Position numbers and translations under genes: made by a program. Under the pieces are notes generated by a model, which was not told the DNA's origin, made no database searches, and saw only the letters and a list, made by a program, of their open reading frames with translations. A DNA stretch of 62,104 bases, the filler included, from Circinaria calcarea (lineage: Eukaryota), in NCBI GenBank assembly GCA_051942165.1. It is 7 parts of 7 records of this genome, joined end to end, with 100 filler letters (N's around TTAATTAATTAA, not from the genome) between each part and the next. Parts side by side here need not be neighbours in the genome. Positions count along the whole stretch, not along the records: positions 8,905 to 17,702 come from JAVECS010001046.1; positions 17,803 to 26,597 come from JAVECS010001047.1; 5 more parts are not named here. One strand, written 5' to 3'. This document shows positions 13,002 through 24,900 of this stretch, in pieces. Numbering within the stretch: the first letter of the stretch is position 1; every line of letters starts with the position of its first letter.

Positions 13002-13349
13002 ACCGGTGCTTGGACGTATGGACGGCAGAGACGATTGTTACATGTTGTGAAGTTTTAGACGTTCGAATATGTGGGTTGCCTTTCTTACTTCCTGGCCTGC
13101 AGATATAAATGAGTTAAAAACCCTCCTCGCCTTGCAAGGCGAAGCGAGATTGTCACTGAACGCACAACTTTCTCATTTTTGCCGATGACCCTGCGTACAG
13201 ATCTTAGCTATTCTCGTATCGTGTCTCTCTGACAACGTTGAGCCAGATCATCATCACAGCCACTGGATCATTCAGGTTGCTACCCGTGGTTTCTCAAATA
13301 CATCGAATATGTGCTTACGTTGATTCAGCAGTTTTGCGATTTGAGCAAG

Positions 13350-14621
13350 ATGGCGGGGAACGTTCCTCCTCATTCCCACAGTACAGAGAAAGGGACATCA
13401 GCTAGGGCCCTAAAGGCCAATACGTCTGACCCAGAAGACGAACCATATGGACAGAATCCGAAGCCAACGGTGAAGGGCATAAGGGCTGGTCCTCAAGACG
13501 AAACGAAGTTGGTCTACACTGTAGCGGAAATAGCAAGTGTGTTTGGTACTCCTCAGGGATTCAAGGTCACCACGCTCAACAGCACCTTTAAAAACCCCTA
13601 CACGCTTGCATTTATCCTACTTTTCAGAATGCCTGCCCCAAATTACCTGGGTAAGAAGATCTTCGCGAAGACTAATACCGACATCCTACTCAACCATCCT
13701 CTCTATGCTAATGACTCGCACAATACGAGATTCCCCGAGTTCTCGCACCTCGATGTGTCAGGAGCGGTGTTTCCGGTGTTCCACGGGCGGGGACCAAGAA
13801 CAGGTCCTGGCGACGCATACAAATTCTGGCAGTGTCTCGGGTGGTTTCAATTGAGCACGGTCCAACACCTTGAACCAGGAAGCCAAGAGGTTGCAACGAT
13901 GCTTCAGCGGAAGTGGGGCGCTAAGAGACGTGACAAACAAAGATGGCTGGAAGGATTAATGGCTCGTTGGTTTGTCATCGAGATTGAATCTGTAAAGGAG
14001 AAACATGGCGACAACCCAATGAAGAGTATCACTGGTAGAAAGATCAGCATAGCTGGCAGGTCTGACGTGACTGGGAATGACTTGTACCACGCAAACGGTT
14101 TAGATACGGTAACCCTGAGAGAGGTATTGGAAGAACTGAGTCAATGCAAGCAAGCAGCGAGGGAAGCCGAACGCAGAAGGGAGACTAGGGAAAATGAGAG
14201 AACATCGGGGGCTGCTAGTACAGAGCAACGAATCACGGATGAGCATACACATCTGTGGCTCAGCCAGGTAGAAGAACCCCCACAAACTACTCACGAGAGT
14301 CCGGTAAGGGTATCAGAGGAGGTACCGGGAAAAGCAGCAGAGGAGGCAGCAGAGGAGGCAGCAGGGGAGGCAGCAGAGGAGGCAGTAGAGGAGGCAACAC
14401 TAGAGGCAGCGGTTGAGGTAGCAGGGGAAACAGCAGAAGTGGTAGACGAGGACACGTCACAGAGAGAGTCAGAGCAGGATTTGATACAGCTGGAGTTGCC
14501 TCATTCGCCCTTGCGAACGGATGAAGAGAAGAGTTTGGGTGACATTCCACGATGGCTACATTGGATCTATGACCCACCTGGCACTTATGCAGGTTATCTC
14601 CCTGAACCAAACTGGTGGTGA
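13350..14621 (+). CDS. Hypothetical protein, globular N-terminal domain plus acidic tail (paralog of 15051-17045)
   Basis: Long uninterrupted ORF (first ATG 13350) that shares motifs with the next ORF. Confidence 0.75.
   Translation: MAGNVPPHSHSTEKGTSARALKANTSDPEDEPYGQNPKPTVKGIRAGPQDETKLVYTVAEIASVFGTPQGFKVTTLNSTFKNPYTLAFILLFRMPAPNYLGKKIFAKTNTDILLNHPLYANDSHNTRFPEFSHLDVSGAVFPVFHGRGPRTGPGDAYKFWQCLGWFQLSTVQHLEPGSQEVATMLQRKWGAKRRDKQRWLEGLMARWFVIEIESVKEKHGDNPMKSITGRKISIAGRSDVTGNDLYHANGLDTVTLREVLEELSQCKQAAREAERRRETRENERTSGAASTEQRITDEHTHLWLSQVEEPPQTTHESPVRVSEEVPGKAAEEAAEEAAGEAAEEAVEEATLEAAVEVAGETAEVVDEDTSQRESEQDLIQLELPHSPLRTDEEKSLGDIPRWLHWIYDPPGTYAGYLPEPNWW
14334..14400 (+). repeat. Coding 12-bp tandem repeat (GCAGCAGAGGAG, encoding AAEE)
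   Basis: About 5 imperfect copies encoding KAAEEAAEEAAGEAAEEAVEEA. Confidence 0.85.
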
Positions 14622-15050
14622 ACAATGGGTTGGAGATAGGGCGGTTCATTGACTCAGCCTGATGTCGTCTGCAGATCTACACAGGTGGTTATTGGTAGTT
14701 GCGAACAGATTCACCTTGGTATTCGAGTACTAAGAGATTGCAGATTAAACATTCCAGTTTCTCAAGGTATGTCAAAGATTCTCTTTGACCATTAGGCTGT
14801 CGTGAAGTCAATCTCCATGTATCATGCTAGAATGGTCTGTCCGCTCACGTGACATCCAACCCTAATCCGGACTAGTTAAGCGAGTGTTAAATTACCAGTT
14901 ATTCCCCACCCCTGGTGAAAATCAACACAGAACCTGAACAGCTACCTTTGGTTTAGTCATCGTACCATGAAATAATATGTAACAGCACAGGCATATAGGT
15001 TTTATACCCAATTAGTAAACTACCTTAATCCAGTCGACGACATAATATAC

Positions 15051-17045
15051 ATGCTGACTCTCGCGAGACTACGTGCAGACATGGTCGAGAAAAGGATACA
15101 GAAAGAAAAATCCGTGGCGAATGCGAAGAAGAAGGAGAGATTGGAATTTCCAGAAGACAAATCCAAGGATGTATGCTACTTTGCAAAAGACATCTTAGAG
15201 GCACTCGGAGAGTGTGATGACGTGCCAGGGACCCTCAACGCTGTAACTACGCAACCGGGAGTATTAGCCTTTGTTATACTCTACCCCAGTAAGCCAGAAC
15301 AAAACGATAGAAGGTCGAATACTGTCTATGCATGTACCAACCTCAATCTCCTACTCGACGCAGACGGTACCGGTTCATTTAAGTTTAACTCACCTGCAGA
15401 TTTCCTTTGGCTTCGGAAAGTCTGTATCTCTAAAGCTGTATTTCCCGTCTTTGCTTTTCGCAAATATCGTCACAGATGGAATTTTTCCAGTACCTACAGG
15501 TATCTGGGTCAGCGTCGTATCAGCTCTGTAAGATACCTGGCGCCTGGAGCTCGGGAACAACAGCAGGGTATCGAGCCTATGGTAGAGGCTCAGAATGGCT
15601 GGATGGAGCTGTTCCTACAGGAAGTACCTGACACGAGAGAGGACGACCACCCAATGAGACATGTAGTAGGGACCCCGGTGTCAGTCGTGGATAGTATTAT
15701 CAAAGATTTGAGAGCTGTTAAGATGCAGGAACTAAATGCTTTATGGCAAGCGAACCCGGGCATGAGAAAGGTATGGAAGGGGAGAAGTGGACATGGAAAA
15801 TTTAAAGATGAGTGGAGTAGTAGGGAGAGGATTGAAGAAAAGACCAGTGACAAAAATGAGTGCATTGAACGCAAAGGAAATGGTGTGAAGAGCATGAACG
15901 GAGAAGAACCCATTGAGAAAGGCGGGCTTATCTCGTTAACGTCTGATTATGAGACAAATGATGATGAATCGTTATTGATAGATCTAAATGACATGAAGGA
16001 AGAGGCCAGAACAGAAGATCAACTCCCAGAGTACTTCACAACGGGTGAGCGCTTGAGGAGTAGGATCATGAAAGGGGGTACGCCCTGGGTCGGGTGCGGA
16101 GCTTCGAGAGGGGAGCTTGAAACCCAGAGGGATATCCTATCGGAAGATCTTATTCCATTTAAACAGGACAACAAGTTCTGCGAGGAGGGCGTAGAATATT
16201 CATCTAATACTGCGAACGCGGAAACAGGACAGCTAACCGAAAGTTCATCCGCAAAGTGGATGGCCCTTTCAGAGAAGAAAAGGCGCATGCCCTTGATCGA
16301 TCTCTCGGACTCCTCCCAGGAGGGCGTGTTTTTCTCGGATGATGATTCAGAAGACAGCAACTCACAAGAAGCACACCTCCAGGACAGACGTTTATCCAAT
16401 GAAGGAGAACCTAAATGGAATCATGTCTGGTACTTCAGACCTCCAACGGCACCAGAGCCAGATAAGATATATTCGAAAACATTAGATGATACAAATTTGC
16501 CCGGGGATGAGCATAAACTTCCATACGACAAGAAGTCCCCACGAAAGAAGCTCAAACACGTAGCTCAGACAGCGCCAACTGTCGCTACATCTGCAGAGCC
16601 TATACCGCAAGAAGCACAGTCCATCCCAAAGAGCATCCCGCAGAACAGTCCACCAGTCGCTGCGAACACAGGGGCTAGACGCCAGGGATACGGCGCCCCG
16701 ACGCTTAAATTGTCCAGAGCCAAGCAAATCAAAGAGTGGAAGAAACAACTATGGGGCATGGACTCCGACTCGGAGGGAGGAAGCCCGGACGGAGCCGATG
16801 AAGAGGCAAAGAAAACCCCCGTTTGGATGCGGGACGAAATGGACACTGAGGAGCAAATCGAACAGTCCCTATGGTTTCAAGCAGGTTGCAAACAGACAAA
16901 ACGTGGCGATGTGTTGAGGCAATGGGACCGAAAATGGGAAGTCATCCCTGCCGAAGTCGAAGAAAAGCAAGGACAACGAAAAGTGGTTCGGCCTAGTCAC
17001 CCCAGACGCCGCAACCGCAAGGATTTGAAGCCTTTTAAGGGATGA
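15051..17045 (+). CDS. Hypothetical protein, N-terminal domain paralogous to 13350-14621, long disordered C-terminus
   Basis: 664-aa ORF; LAFVILY, ACTNLNLLL, AVFPVF, VRYLAPGA and DDHPMRHVVG mirror the upstream gene. Confidence 0.75.
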   Translation: MLTLARLRADMVEKRIQKEKSVANAKKKERLEFPEDKSKDVCYFAKDILEALGECDDVPGTLNAVTTQPGVLAFVILYPSKPEQNDRRSNTVYACTNLNLLLDADGTGSFKFNSPADFLWLRKVCISKAVFPVFAFRKYRHRWNFSSTYRYLGQRRISSVRYLAPGAREQQQGIEPMVEAQNGWMELFLQEVPDTREDDHPMRHVVGTPVSVVDSIIKDLRAVKMQELNALWQANPGMRKVWKGRSGHGKFKDEWSSRERIEEKTSDKNECIERKGNGVKSMNGEEPIEKGGLISLTSDYETNDDESLLIDLNDMKEEARTEDQLPEYFTTGERLRSRIMKGGTPWVGCGASRGELETQRDILSEDLIPFKQDNKFCEEGVEYSSNTANAETGQLTESSSAKWMALSEKKRRMPLIDLSDSSQEGVFFSDDDSEDSNSQEAHLQDRRLSNEGEPKWNHVWYFRPPTAPEPDKIYSKTLDDTNLPGDEHKLPYDKKSPRKKLKHVAQTAPTVATSAEPIPQEAQSIPKSIPQNSPPVAANTGARRQGYGAPTLKLSRAKQIKEWKKQLWGMDSDSEGGSPDGADEEAKKTPVWMRDEMDTEEQIEQSLWFQAGCKQTKRGDVLRQWDRKWEVIPAEVEEKQGQRKVVRPSHPRRRNRKDLKPFKG

Positions 17046-17620
17046 CGGTAGCGTTTATGGTGGGTCAGAGTTGTTAAATGATATTCTACGGCTTGATCTA
17101 TCGAGAGCGCTGAACAAGAATAAGTACTTTACAGTTAGATATTTCCAATAGGTGAGAGTAAGTCCTTTACAGCAATAGCATTTAACAGAATATGGGATCC
17201 CGAGGTCTGTCTCTTCGCGGGGCTCTTGTTCCTATGGCTGTCGATGAAGTTTTACACGGCTGATACTATTGAAGCGTACACTCACAGGGCAATACCGCCG
17301 GTGCAAGTGTAGGACTCAGCTGGACGTGGTTTCCAGACATGTACCCGTGGCTTTGACTATTCATCAATAAATGCATCTCATTGTTGAGAAGTAGATTTCC
17401 AAATATAAACAGATTTAAACAGATTTAAATGCTCAAGATGCGCCAATAGTTCCACTGGTCATTAGCTCATATCATGAAGCCAATTATTTTAAATTATCAT
17501 AATTCCCAAAGCGTTTCTTCGCTTTGCAGAGCACAAGCCCTAATTAGAACTAGCTAAGCGAACATCCAAGTACCCCCTCTTAAACTACCTGATCATAGAG
17601 CTCCCCAAAAATAGAAAAAA

Positions 17621-17702
17621 ACATACAACAGTTGGTATTCGCTGGTGGTCACCCACCCAACTACTAATCAGCCGATCTCAAGCTTATGTATGGCAGAGCG
17701 GA
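17621..17702 (-). rRNA. 5S rRNA, 3' portion (5' part cut by contig end)
   Basis: Reverse complement TCCGCTCTGCCATACATAAGC...TTAGTAGTTGGGTGGGTGACCACCAGCGAATACCAACTGTTGTATGT followed by a T-run Pol III terminator. Confidence 0.93.
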
Positions 17703-17802
17703 NNNNNNNNNNNNNNNNNNNNNNNNNNNNNNNNNNNNNNNNNNNNTTAATTAATTAANNNNNNNNNNNNNNNNNNNNNNNNNNNNNNNNNNNNNNNNNN
17801 NN
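17703..17802. other. Artificial contig linker
   Basis: N44-TTAATTAATTAA-N44. Confidence 0.99.
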
Positions 17803-19154
17803 CTACCACAATCGCAGAAATGCCGACTGTGACTATAGTAATTGCGATAATACCATTACCCCATGTTCCTTCGCCTCCCGAGCTCAGATTGGACGAGCTC
17901 ATGACTTGGAAAAGCACTTTGAAAGGAGATAGTCTGAGGCTTACACAAGAAGGTGAAGAGTATATCTTGATGGAGCGGCTTTAATGGCTTCCACACTATT
18001 ATGAAACTTCAGGTATGATGCTGGATCACTCCGATAAGGTATATAATATATACGGTATAAGGTCATGGTTTAGATTCATGTCCTTTCGTCCAGCTTATGT
18101 CTTTGATACACCTCTAGAGCGAAATTACTGCCTCGGACTTTTCATGGCACAGCTCGTCGAGCTGAACATGGTGGGTGTCATCGCAAACCAAAGGGAAGAA
18201 GATCGCCCGCAAGATTACCATGCCGTGGCCAATAACGGCACAGATAGCTAGAGTGAACAGTTGGACCGAGGAAGTAGGTGCAGCTTTATGCATTGCGGGA
18301 CGATTCTCAATTAACAATAGGTTTTCTTGCGAGGACTGATACAGGACTCTAGTATGTCTGAAGTCATATGTGCCCCGCTCTGCCGCTTTGACTGACATTT
18401 TTTGCTTCGTACCGTCATTGAATGCGGCATAGCGGTAGGCTGATCACTAGGTTTCAGGCTATGATAGAGTCTAGATCCGTGTGGAGTTTAAATTAATCTT
18501 ATTAGCGCCATGTTGGATAGGCTCATGCAAGCGAGTTCTCCAGAGCAACGGCGCTCGTGTTTCAGTCAGCGTTGTATTCCTGCAATGCACTACGTTCAAG
18601 GATCTTGGAATTACTGCATGTTCATGTAACTAGGTAAGAGCAAGAGAGTTCGCTAAAATACTGGTCGGCTTACGTAAGCCCCAACAGCGTGTGGCGAGGT
18701 ACTGAATTGTCCAACGTCTTGACTGCCCCGCCCACCAGGCTATAATTTTATGATATCACTGCTGATATACCTGCGTCTACCAAACGAAATCATGCCTTAA
18801 GGCTACGGATATATGCATGATGATCGCATACGCCTTGTATACGCTATCCATAGCGGGTCGATTCTGATCGGCTTTTCCAAAATTGGCTAAATGACCGCTC
18901 AGGAGCTAATGCCGCATGAGAAGTGCTGATTTTCCTCGGATCGTAATACAGTATCCGATATGACGTAGATTTTCTAAGCTTTGTACAATATATAGCACCC
19001 CCATATGGAGTATATTTTCTATAAGAAGGTGCATACGAATCCTAAGGGATAACACCACTGCTACTATAAGAAGGTAGTTACTTTGTATTATATTCCTAGT
19101 CTAAAGAACCTACCTTACACGAATATTAACCGCTTTATTTTTCCTATACTCGAA

Positions 19155-20524
19155 ATGTCATCTCAAGCTACTTTTCTTGAAATGCTCCAATCTAAATCGA
19201 TAATAGATTGCGATACTTTGGATGTTGAAAGTAACGAGATATATATCGTATTCTAGTGGTTTTATTGCTGATGCAATTTCTTAGCTGCCGAAAAGTTCGG
19301 ACCCTTCGAAAACTGCACCTCAAACCAGGTAGAATTGCATGGCATATCTTTTAGGTACGCAGAGCTATCCTGACCAGCACAATATAGGTTATAGCATACT
19401 CCGCGCTCCAGGAAAAACAACATGACCGTCTTCTTGAAGAATCCGCAAGACTCGCAAAAGCCTGGCTGGGTAACTTTAAAAATGTTTCAGTGGAGCAGCT
19501 TGCAGTGGATATATCTGTGAGTAAGATCCTCCACTTTAATCAATCTGCGTGTTAATTACCTATAGTTGGTCAAGCTATCTATACGTATGGTCCCTTATAT
19601 ACGGGGGTATATACATGTACAGATCAACCCCTTTCATTCGTACTCAATACTCAAAGCAATCGAGAATGCCCAGCGTAGGTGCTTCCTTTCATCTCAAGAT
19701 ATTGAATGTATAGTTTAAACTCGGCAACAGGTATAGTAGATTTGGTCAGGCATATAAGCCCCGACTTTGATACTTCGCATATTTGCATCAAGATCCCGAG
19801 TACATGGGAAGGATTGCAAGCCTGTCGTGTACTCGAAGCATCCGGGATCAGAACACTCGCCACCACTATTTTCACACTAGAACAAGCGGCTCTAGCTGCC
19901 GAGGTTGGCTGTCTCTATGTTGCCCCGTATGTCAACGAAATCAAGGTATTCGTTGATGACGAGTAAGTCGACTATCTAATTTAACTCATTTCAAAGTCGG
20001 TCTTCCTAAAATAATACAGTTTTCACGATGATAATCCTCAACCCGATCTTTGCGTCTTAATCCAGCGTTATTACCAGCAATTTTCCCTTCCTACGAAAGT
20101 CCTGGCAGCAACCCTAACAACACGAGCTGAAGTTATGGCGGTCTCGGGGGTCCATCATATGACCATAGCTCCCCCACTTCTTCAAGAACTCTCTCAGACA
20201 AAAGCTTCTGAATCTTATACTGAGAAGCCATCTCTTTTCGAGGAAGATGTAGCTTTATCCGGGAACAGGACTCCTTCCCTTATGAACTTCTTGGATGATG
20301 AAGCTGGTTTTCGTCTTGCGCTGTCCCGCAATAGCAATGGCGTAAATGAGGGCAGGTTGATTCAGGTCCGTCTACTCTATACACTCTGTCTAGACATCTC
20401 TCAGCCCTTGAAGTCAGAATACAAGCTAATACAAACCCGGGCCATACAGGCAATAAATGTCTTTTGCGATATGCAGCAGAACTTGGAAAGCATGGCGAAG
20501 GAGCGAATGCTTTCAATCCAGTAA
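19155..20524 (+). CDS. Transaldolase-family protein (divergent paralog), many short introns
   Basis: Spliced reading MSSQATFLEMLQSKSIIDCDTLD..CTSNQ..HVQINP..CIKIPSTWEGLQACRVLEASGIRTLATTIFTLEQAALAAEVGCLYVAPYVNE..KVLAATL..HHMTIAPPLL; Schiff-base Lys in IKIP. Confidence 0.87.
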
Positions 20525-20872
20525 ATAGCCGTATTATACCTCGCAAGTGCCTGCTGAGCTCTCTCGATCGAGAAGTAAACTGACAGAATTCAATCATGCA
20601 AACTGGACCCGACTGCTTGACGTGTTCCTCTGGCAGCGGTAAAGGTACACGCTTGAAAATGGCGTTTTTCGACTTAAGTTGCATTTCAGGGTTCCCGGTT
20701 CTTCCATTAAGAGATCCGAATAGTCCAGAGGCTTGGGAAACGATATCTAAAAAAAGCCCATAGCACTTTTTCCCTTAACTACCCCACGCTTTCTACCCCA
20801 CTAAGGACTCACTTACAGCGAAAGCACCCAAGAGCCTTAGCTTTATTTATTATTATAAGGACAAGTCCTTTC

Positions 20873-20992
20873 ACATACGACCACAGACTCAAGGAACCTG
20901 GGCATCCTGTCCGCTCTGCCGCACAACAGCTTGAGATAGGCTCAATTAATAGTTGGGTGGGTGATCACCAGCGAAAACCGGCTGTTGTATGT
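20873..20992 (+). rRNA. Dispersed 5S rRNA gene, full length, divergent variant (possibly pseudogene)
   Basis: ACATACGACCACAG...TCCGCTCTGCC...GTTGGGTGGGTGATCACCAGCGAAAACCGGCTGTTGTATGT, 120 nt; the ends pair (helix I); upstream TATTATAA at ~20851; followed by TTTT. Confidence 0.88.
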
Positions 20993-21987
20993 TTTCTATT
21001 TTGGTGTCTGGTGGTGGAGAGGGAAAAGGAGAAAGGGGGCTAAGGGGATATCTGGTTGTTTTCTTTTTGAGGGAATGCGGCCTTAAGTTTTCGCAAGAGG
21101 TTTTAAGCTGGCCGATTATTGGACAAAATTTTGCGGGCATGCATAGAATGCAAGTTATTTCTATATATACATACTCGCTTCTTATATTATATAAAGCAAA
21201 CGGCTCAATGCCTAATCGGGTCTATAGCGTGTATGTTTTAATATTTCCTACAAGCCTATAGCAAAATTCTAATCTACACTGGGAAGCTGCGAGATAGCTC
21301 AATTAGGAATTTGATAAGCCTAGAACTTCCGAAATATGAGTTTATCCCCTTTTATTTCGTTAGGAAACTCATCTCGATCGATAATAAATCCAAACGCGTT
21401 GTTTTCCCAAGAATTAAAAAGAGACCGGAAGAAAGAGTTTTCCTCAGGCGTCAGGATGTATTCCAGCAAGCTATAAATTACCACATATCTTCATCTAGGA
21501 GGCCAGAAACGCCTAGCTTGAACGATTCAGACGCAAGTCATCATCAAGCCTGCAGAAAAACAACGAAAGCATAGCCCAGAGCACGAAAACCAGTTCCTCT
21601 TCAACCCTATAGGTAGCAAAAGCATGGCCGGGTTCAATGGAACGGCTTCCACCAGGAGGAATTAGAAGTGAGCTGGAAAGACCTTGGTTATGTGAATAAC
21701 CTGGTTAAGTTTATCAATGTAATCCATCACTAGAGGGGTATCACAGTCCACGGACCTAGAGTTAAAGGAGACCTCAAACGCTGTCTCGAAGACGATCCAG
21801 CTGGCTGCACCTCTATAAGACGGAATGGAAAAATCGTTATCGAGAAGGCCTTCTGGCCAATGTTACGCAAAATCGAAAAGTGTATTGAGGACGGGCATTT
21901 GGACTTTGGTAAAAGCCCGGAGCAAACTTTATCTATCGAAAGGATGATCGTTTGTTTTGTCATATGCTACGCAGTTGCTCTCCGCTA

Positions 21988-24900
21988 TTATGGGGTACGG
22001 TAAGGTATTGGGAGTCCTTCCTGCCGCTCGCAAGATGTTGTTGGTAGCGTCCCCTTTGGGTTTTCTGCAGCCTTTTCAAGCAGGAACTGAACCATCCTAT
22101 CACGGCCTAGTTCTCTTGCGAATTCCAAAGCATTCCCGTATCCTTCCCCCTGCGCGTCAATGTATGCACCCTCACTCAATAGAAGTCGGATTATATTTTC
22201 GTGACCTCGTGCTGCTGCGGCTTGTAAGACGTTGCCATAATATCCACCCTGCGCGTTGATATCTGCACCTTCACTCAATAAAAGCCGGATTATTATTTCA
22301 TGGCCTTCAAATGCTGCCGCTTGCAAAGCGTTACCATATAATCCACCTTGCTCGTTGATATCTGCACCCTCACTCAATAGAAGTCGGATTATATTCTCGT
22401 GACCTCGTGCTGCTGCGGCTTGTAAGGCGTTGCCATAATATCCACCTTGCGCGTTAATATCTGCACTCTCACTTAATAAAAGTCGGATTATTATTTCGTG
22501 ACCTTTTGCTGCTGCGGCTTGTAAAGCGTTACTATAATATCCACCTTGCGCGTTGATATTTGCACCCTCAATTAATAAGAGCCGGACGGTTATTTCGTGA
22601 CCTCGTGCTGCTGCGATTTGTAAAGCGTTGCTATAAAATCCACCTTGTATATTACTATCTGCACCCTCACTCAATAAAAGCCGGATTATCTTTTCGTGAC
22701 CTCTTTCTACCGCCGCTTGTACGGCGTTGCTATAACCTCCACCTTACGCGTTGATATCTGCACCCTTATTTAATAAGGGCTGGTCGCCAGCATATGCTAC
22801 TACGGCTTATAAGGCGTTACCATAATTTCCACCTTGCGCATTAATATCTGCACCCTCACTCAATAAGAGCCGGATTGTATTTTCGTGACATCGTGCTGCT
22901 GCGGCTTGTAAAGCGTTGCCATAATGTCCACCTTGCGTATTGATATCTGCACCTTCACTTAATAAAAGCCGGACTATTTTTTCATGACCTTTTAGTGCTG
23001 CGACTTGTAAAACGTTGCCATCATATTCATATTGCGCGTTGATATTCGCACCCTCGCTCAGTAAAAGCTGAACTATCGTTTCATTACCATCTGCTGCTGC
23101 CGCTTATAAGGCGTTGCCATATTCTCCACCTTACGGGTTGATATCTGCACCTTTATTCAATAAAAGCTGAATTATCGTTTCGTGACCTCCTGCTGCTGCC
23201 GCTTTTAAGGCGTTACTATAATATTCATCTTGCGCGTTGATATCTGCACCTTTATTCAATAAAAGCTGAACTATCGTTTCATGACCATATGCTGCTGCCG
23301 CTTATAAGGCGTTGCCATCATATCCATACACGTTGATATCTGCACCTTCACTCAATAAAAGCTGAATTATCGTTTCGTGACCATATGCTGCTGCCGCTTG
23401 TAAGGCGTTGCTATTATATCCATACACGTTGATATCTGCACCTTCATCCAATAAAAGCCGGATTATCGTTTCGTTACCTCCTGCTGCTGCATGTCGTAAG
23501 GCGTTGCCAGGATAATTACCTTGCGCGTGTACATTTGCCCCTTTATTAAGTAGGAATCGAACCACTTTTTCACTACCGTTATGTGCGGCCAGAGACAGCG
23601 CTGTTTCGCCGCCCACATCCTCTGAATTCAACTCACCATCATCCCGCTCCACCAGCAGCTTTACCACCGCTTCGTGCCCATATTCAACAGCCTATAACAG
23701 AGGCGTACGACCGTGACTGTCCTTTAGATCCGGCAAGTGACCGCCGTTTAACAATTCTATAATTACTTCCTTTAATCTAAAGTATGCCGCAAGGTGCATC
23801 GCTGTCACCTGTTTCCGGAAAGATTGACTATGATCACGGTAGGTATATTTTGAGGCCTTCATAACCTGAGTCACGTAATCGAATTTGAGAATTCCGTTGA
23901 GAAAATTTAAGACATACTGTTTAACGATATTGTTCGACGCTGCGCGGGCATGGCAACCTTAATATCTGGCAGCAAAATCAAAAAGTACGTTCTGCTGTAG
24001 CCGTGCCTCGAAATCTTCGTTATTCTTGCAGGGGCCAGATCCAAAAGCATTAAATAATAGATAGGTAAGATAAATTTTAGTAATTTCTATCTGAGCATCA
24101 GGTGCCCAGGAGAGCCGGATGCGTTTAAAATATTCTTGAGCAGTATAATAAACTAGACGGATCATATTGTTTTCTTGGTTAACGGTGACTAGCTCAGCGC
24201 AAGCGGATATTATATTATCCGATTTTAGGAGGTTAGACTTATCGAGCTCGTTCTCTCTAATTTCCACCGCCAGGGCATGCTGAAGCTCCGAAATGGTTAA
24301 TTATTTTTCAGCATAAATGAGCCAAGACAGGACCTGCTTAGCAAGAGTCTTAAAGCCGGGTTTCTGGCCGTCGATCCTCTCCAATGCTTCTTCGTATGCA
24401 ATCTTTAAAGCCTCGGACCCTTTTAGTAACTTTTGCAGCGCGAGCTTAATAGCTTTCGGCGTGATTTTATCTATAAGCGAGTCCAGATGGAGCTGCGCAA
24501 GAAGAAACCTATATATTACTATTAGCTTCCTCGGTTGTTCTAAAAGACTATAGGTAATATATATCCCGTCAACTGCTTTAGCTATCTCTGTTTATATATT
24601 ATCCTGTAAAGCTTGGTCTCGTAAAATATATTTAGGTAACTTAATTATACGGCTAGCTAGATATCGTCTTATATTCTCGTCACTCGCGCGGATCTCCTTC
24701 AATATGGCTCCTTGAAACAACGTTGCGATTTCGGGGTTTTCTCGTGAAATTACGAAAAATCCCGCCTTCGTATGAGATTGTAATATAAAGAGCTCCTCTA
24801 GTAATCGTTTTCTGATATTATTAATATTACTGAACTCATCTAACGCATTAATGACGATAAATATCTTAGAATAACTCCTGGAAATTAAGTGGAACAGTGT

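Noticed and set aside
17803..17985. Open frame at contig start (..LRLDELMTWKSTLKGDSLRLTQEGEEYILMERL*)
   Set aside because: It may be the 3' tip of a gene, but it is too short to assign.
21620..22003. Open stretch convergent with the NLR (..GDLKRCLEDDPAGC..EKAFWPMLRKIEKC..) as an NLR effector partner
   Set aside because: There is no clear start or exon structure and no recognisable HeLo, gasdermin or amyloid motif, so it cannot be supported.
22090..23560. CRISPR-like periodic repeat
   Set aside because: The 99-bp period is in-frame ankyrin coding sequence without unique spacers, in a eukaryotic context.
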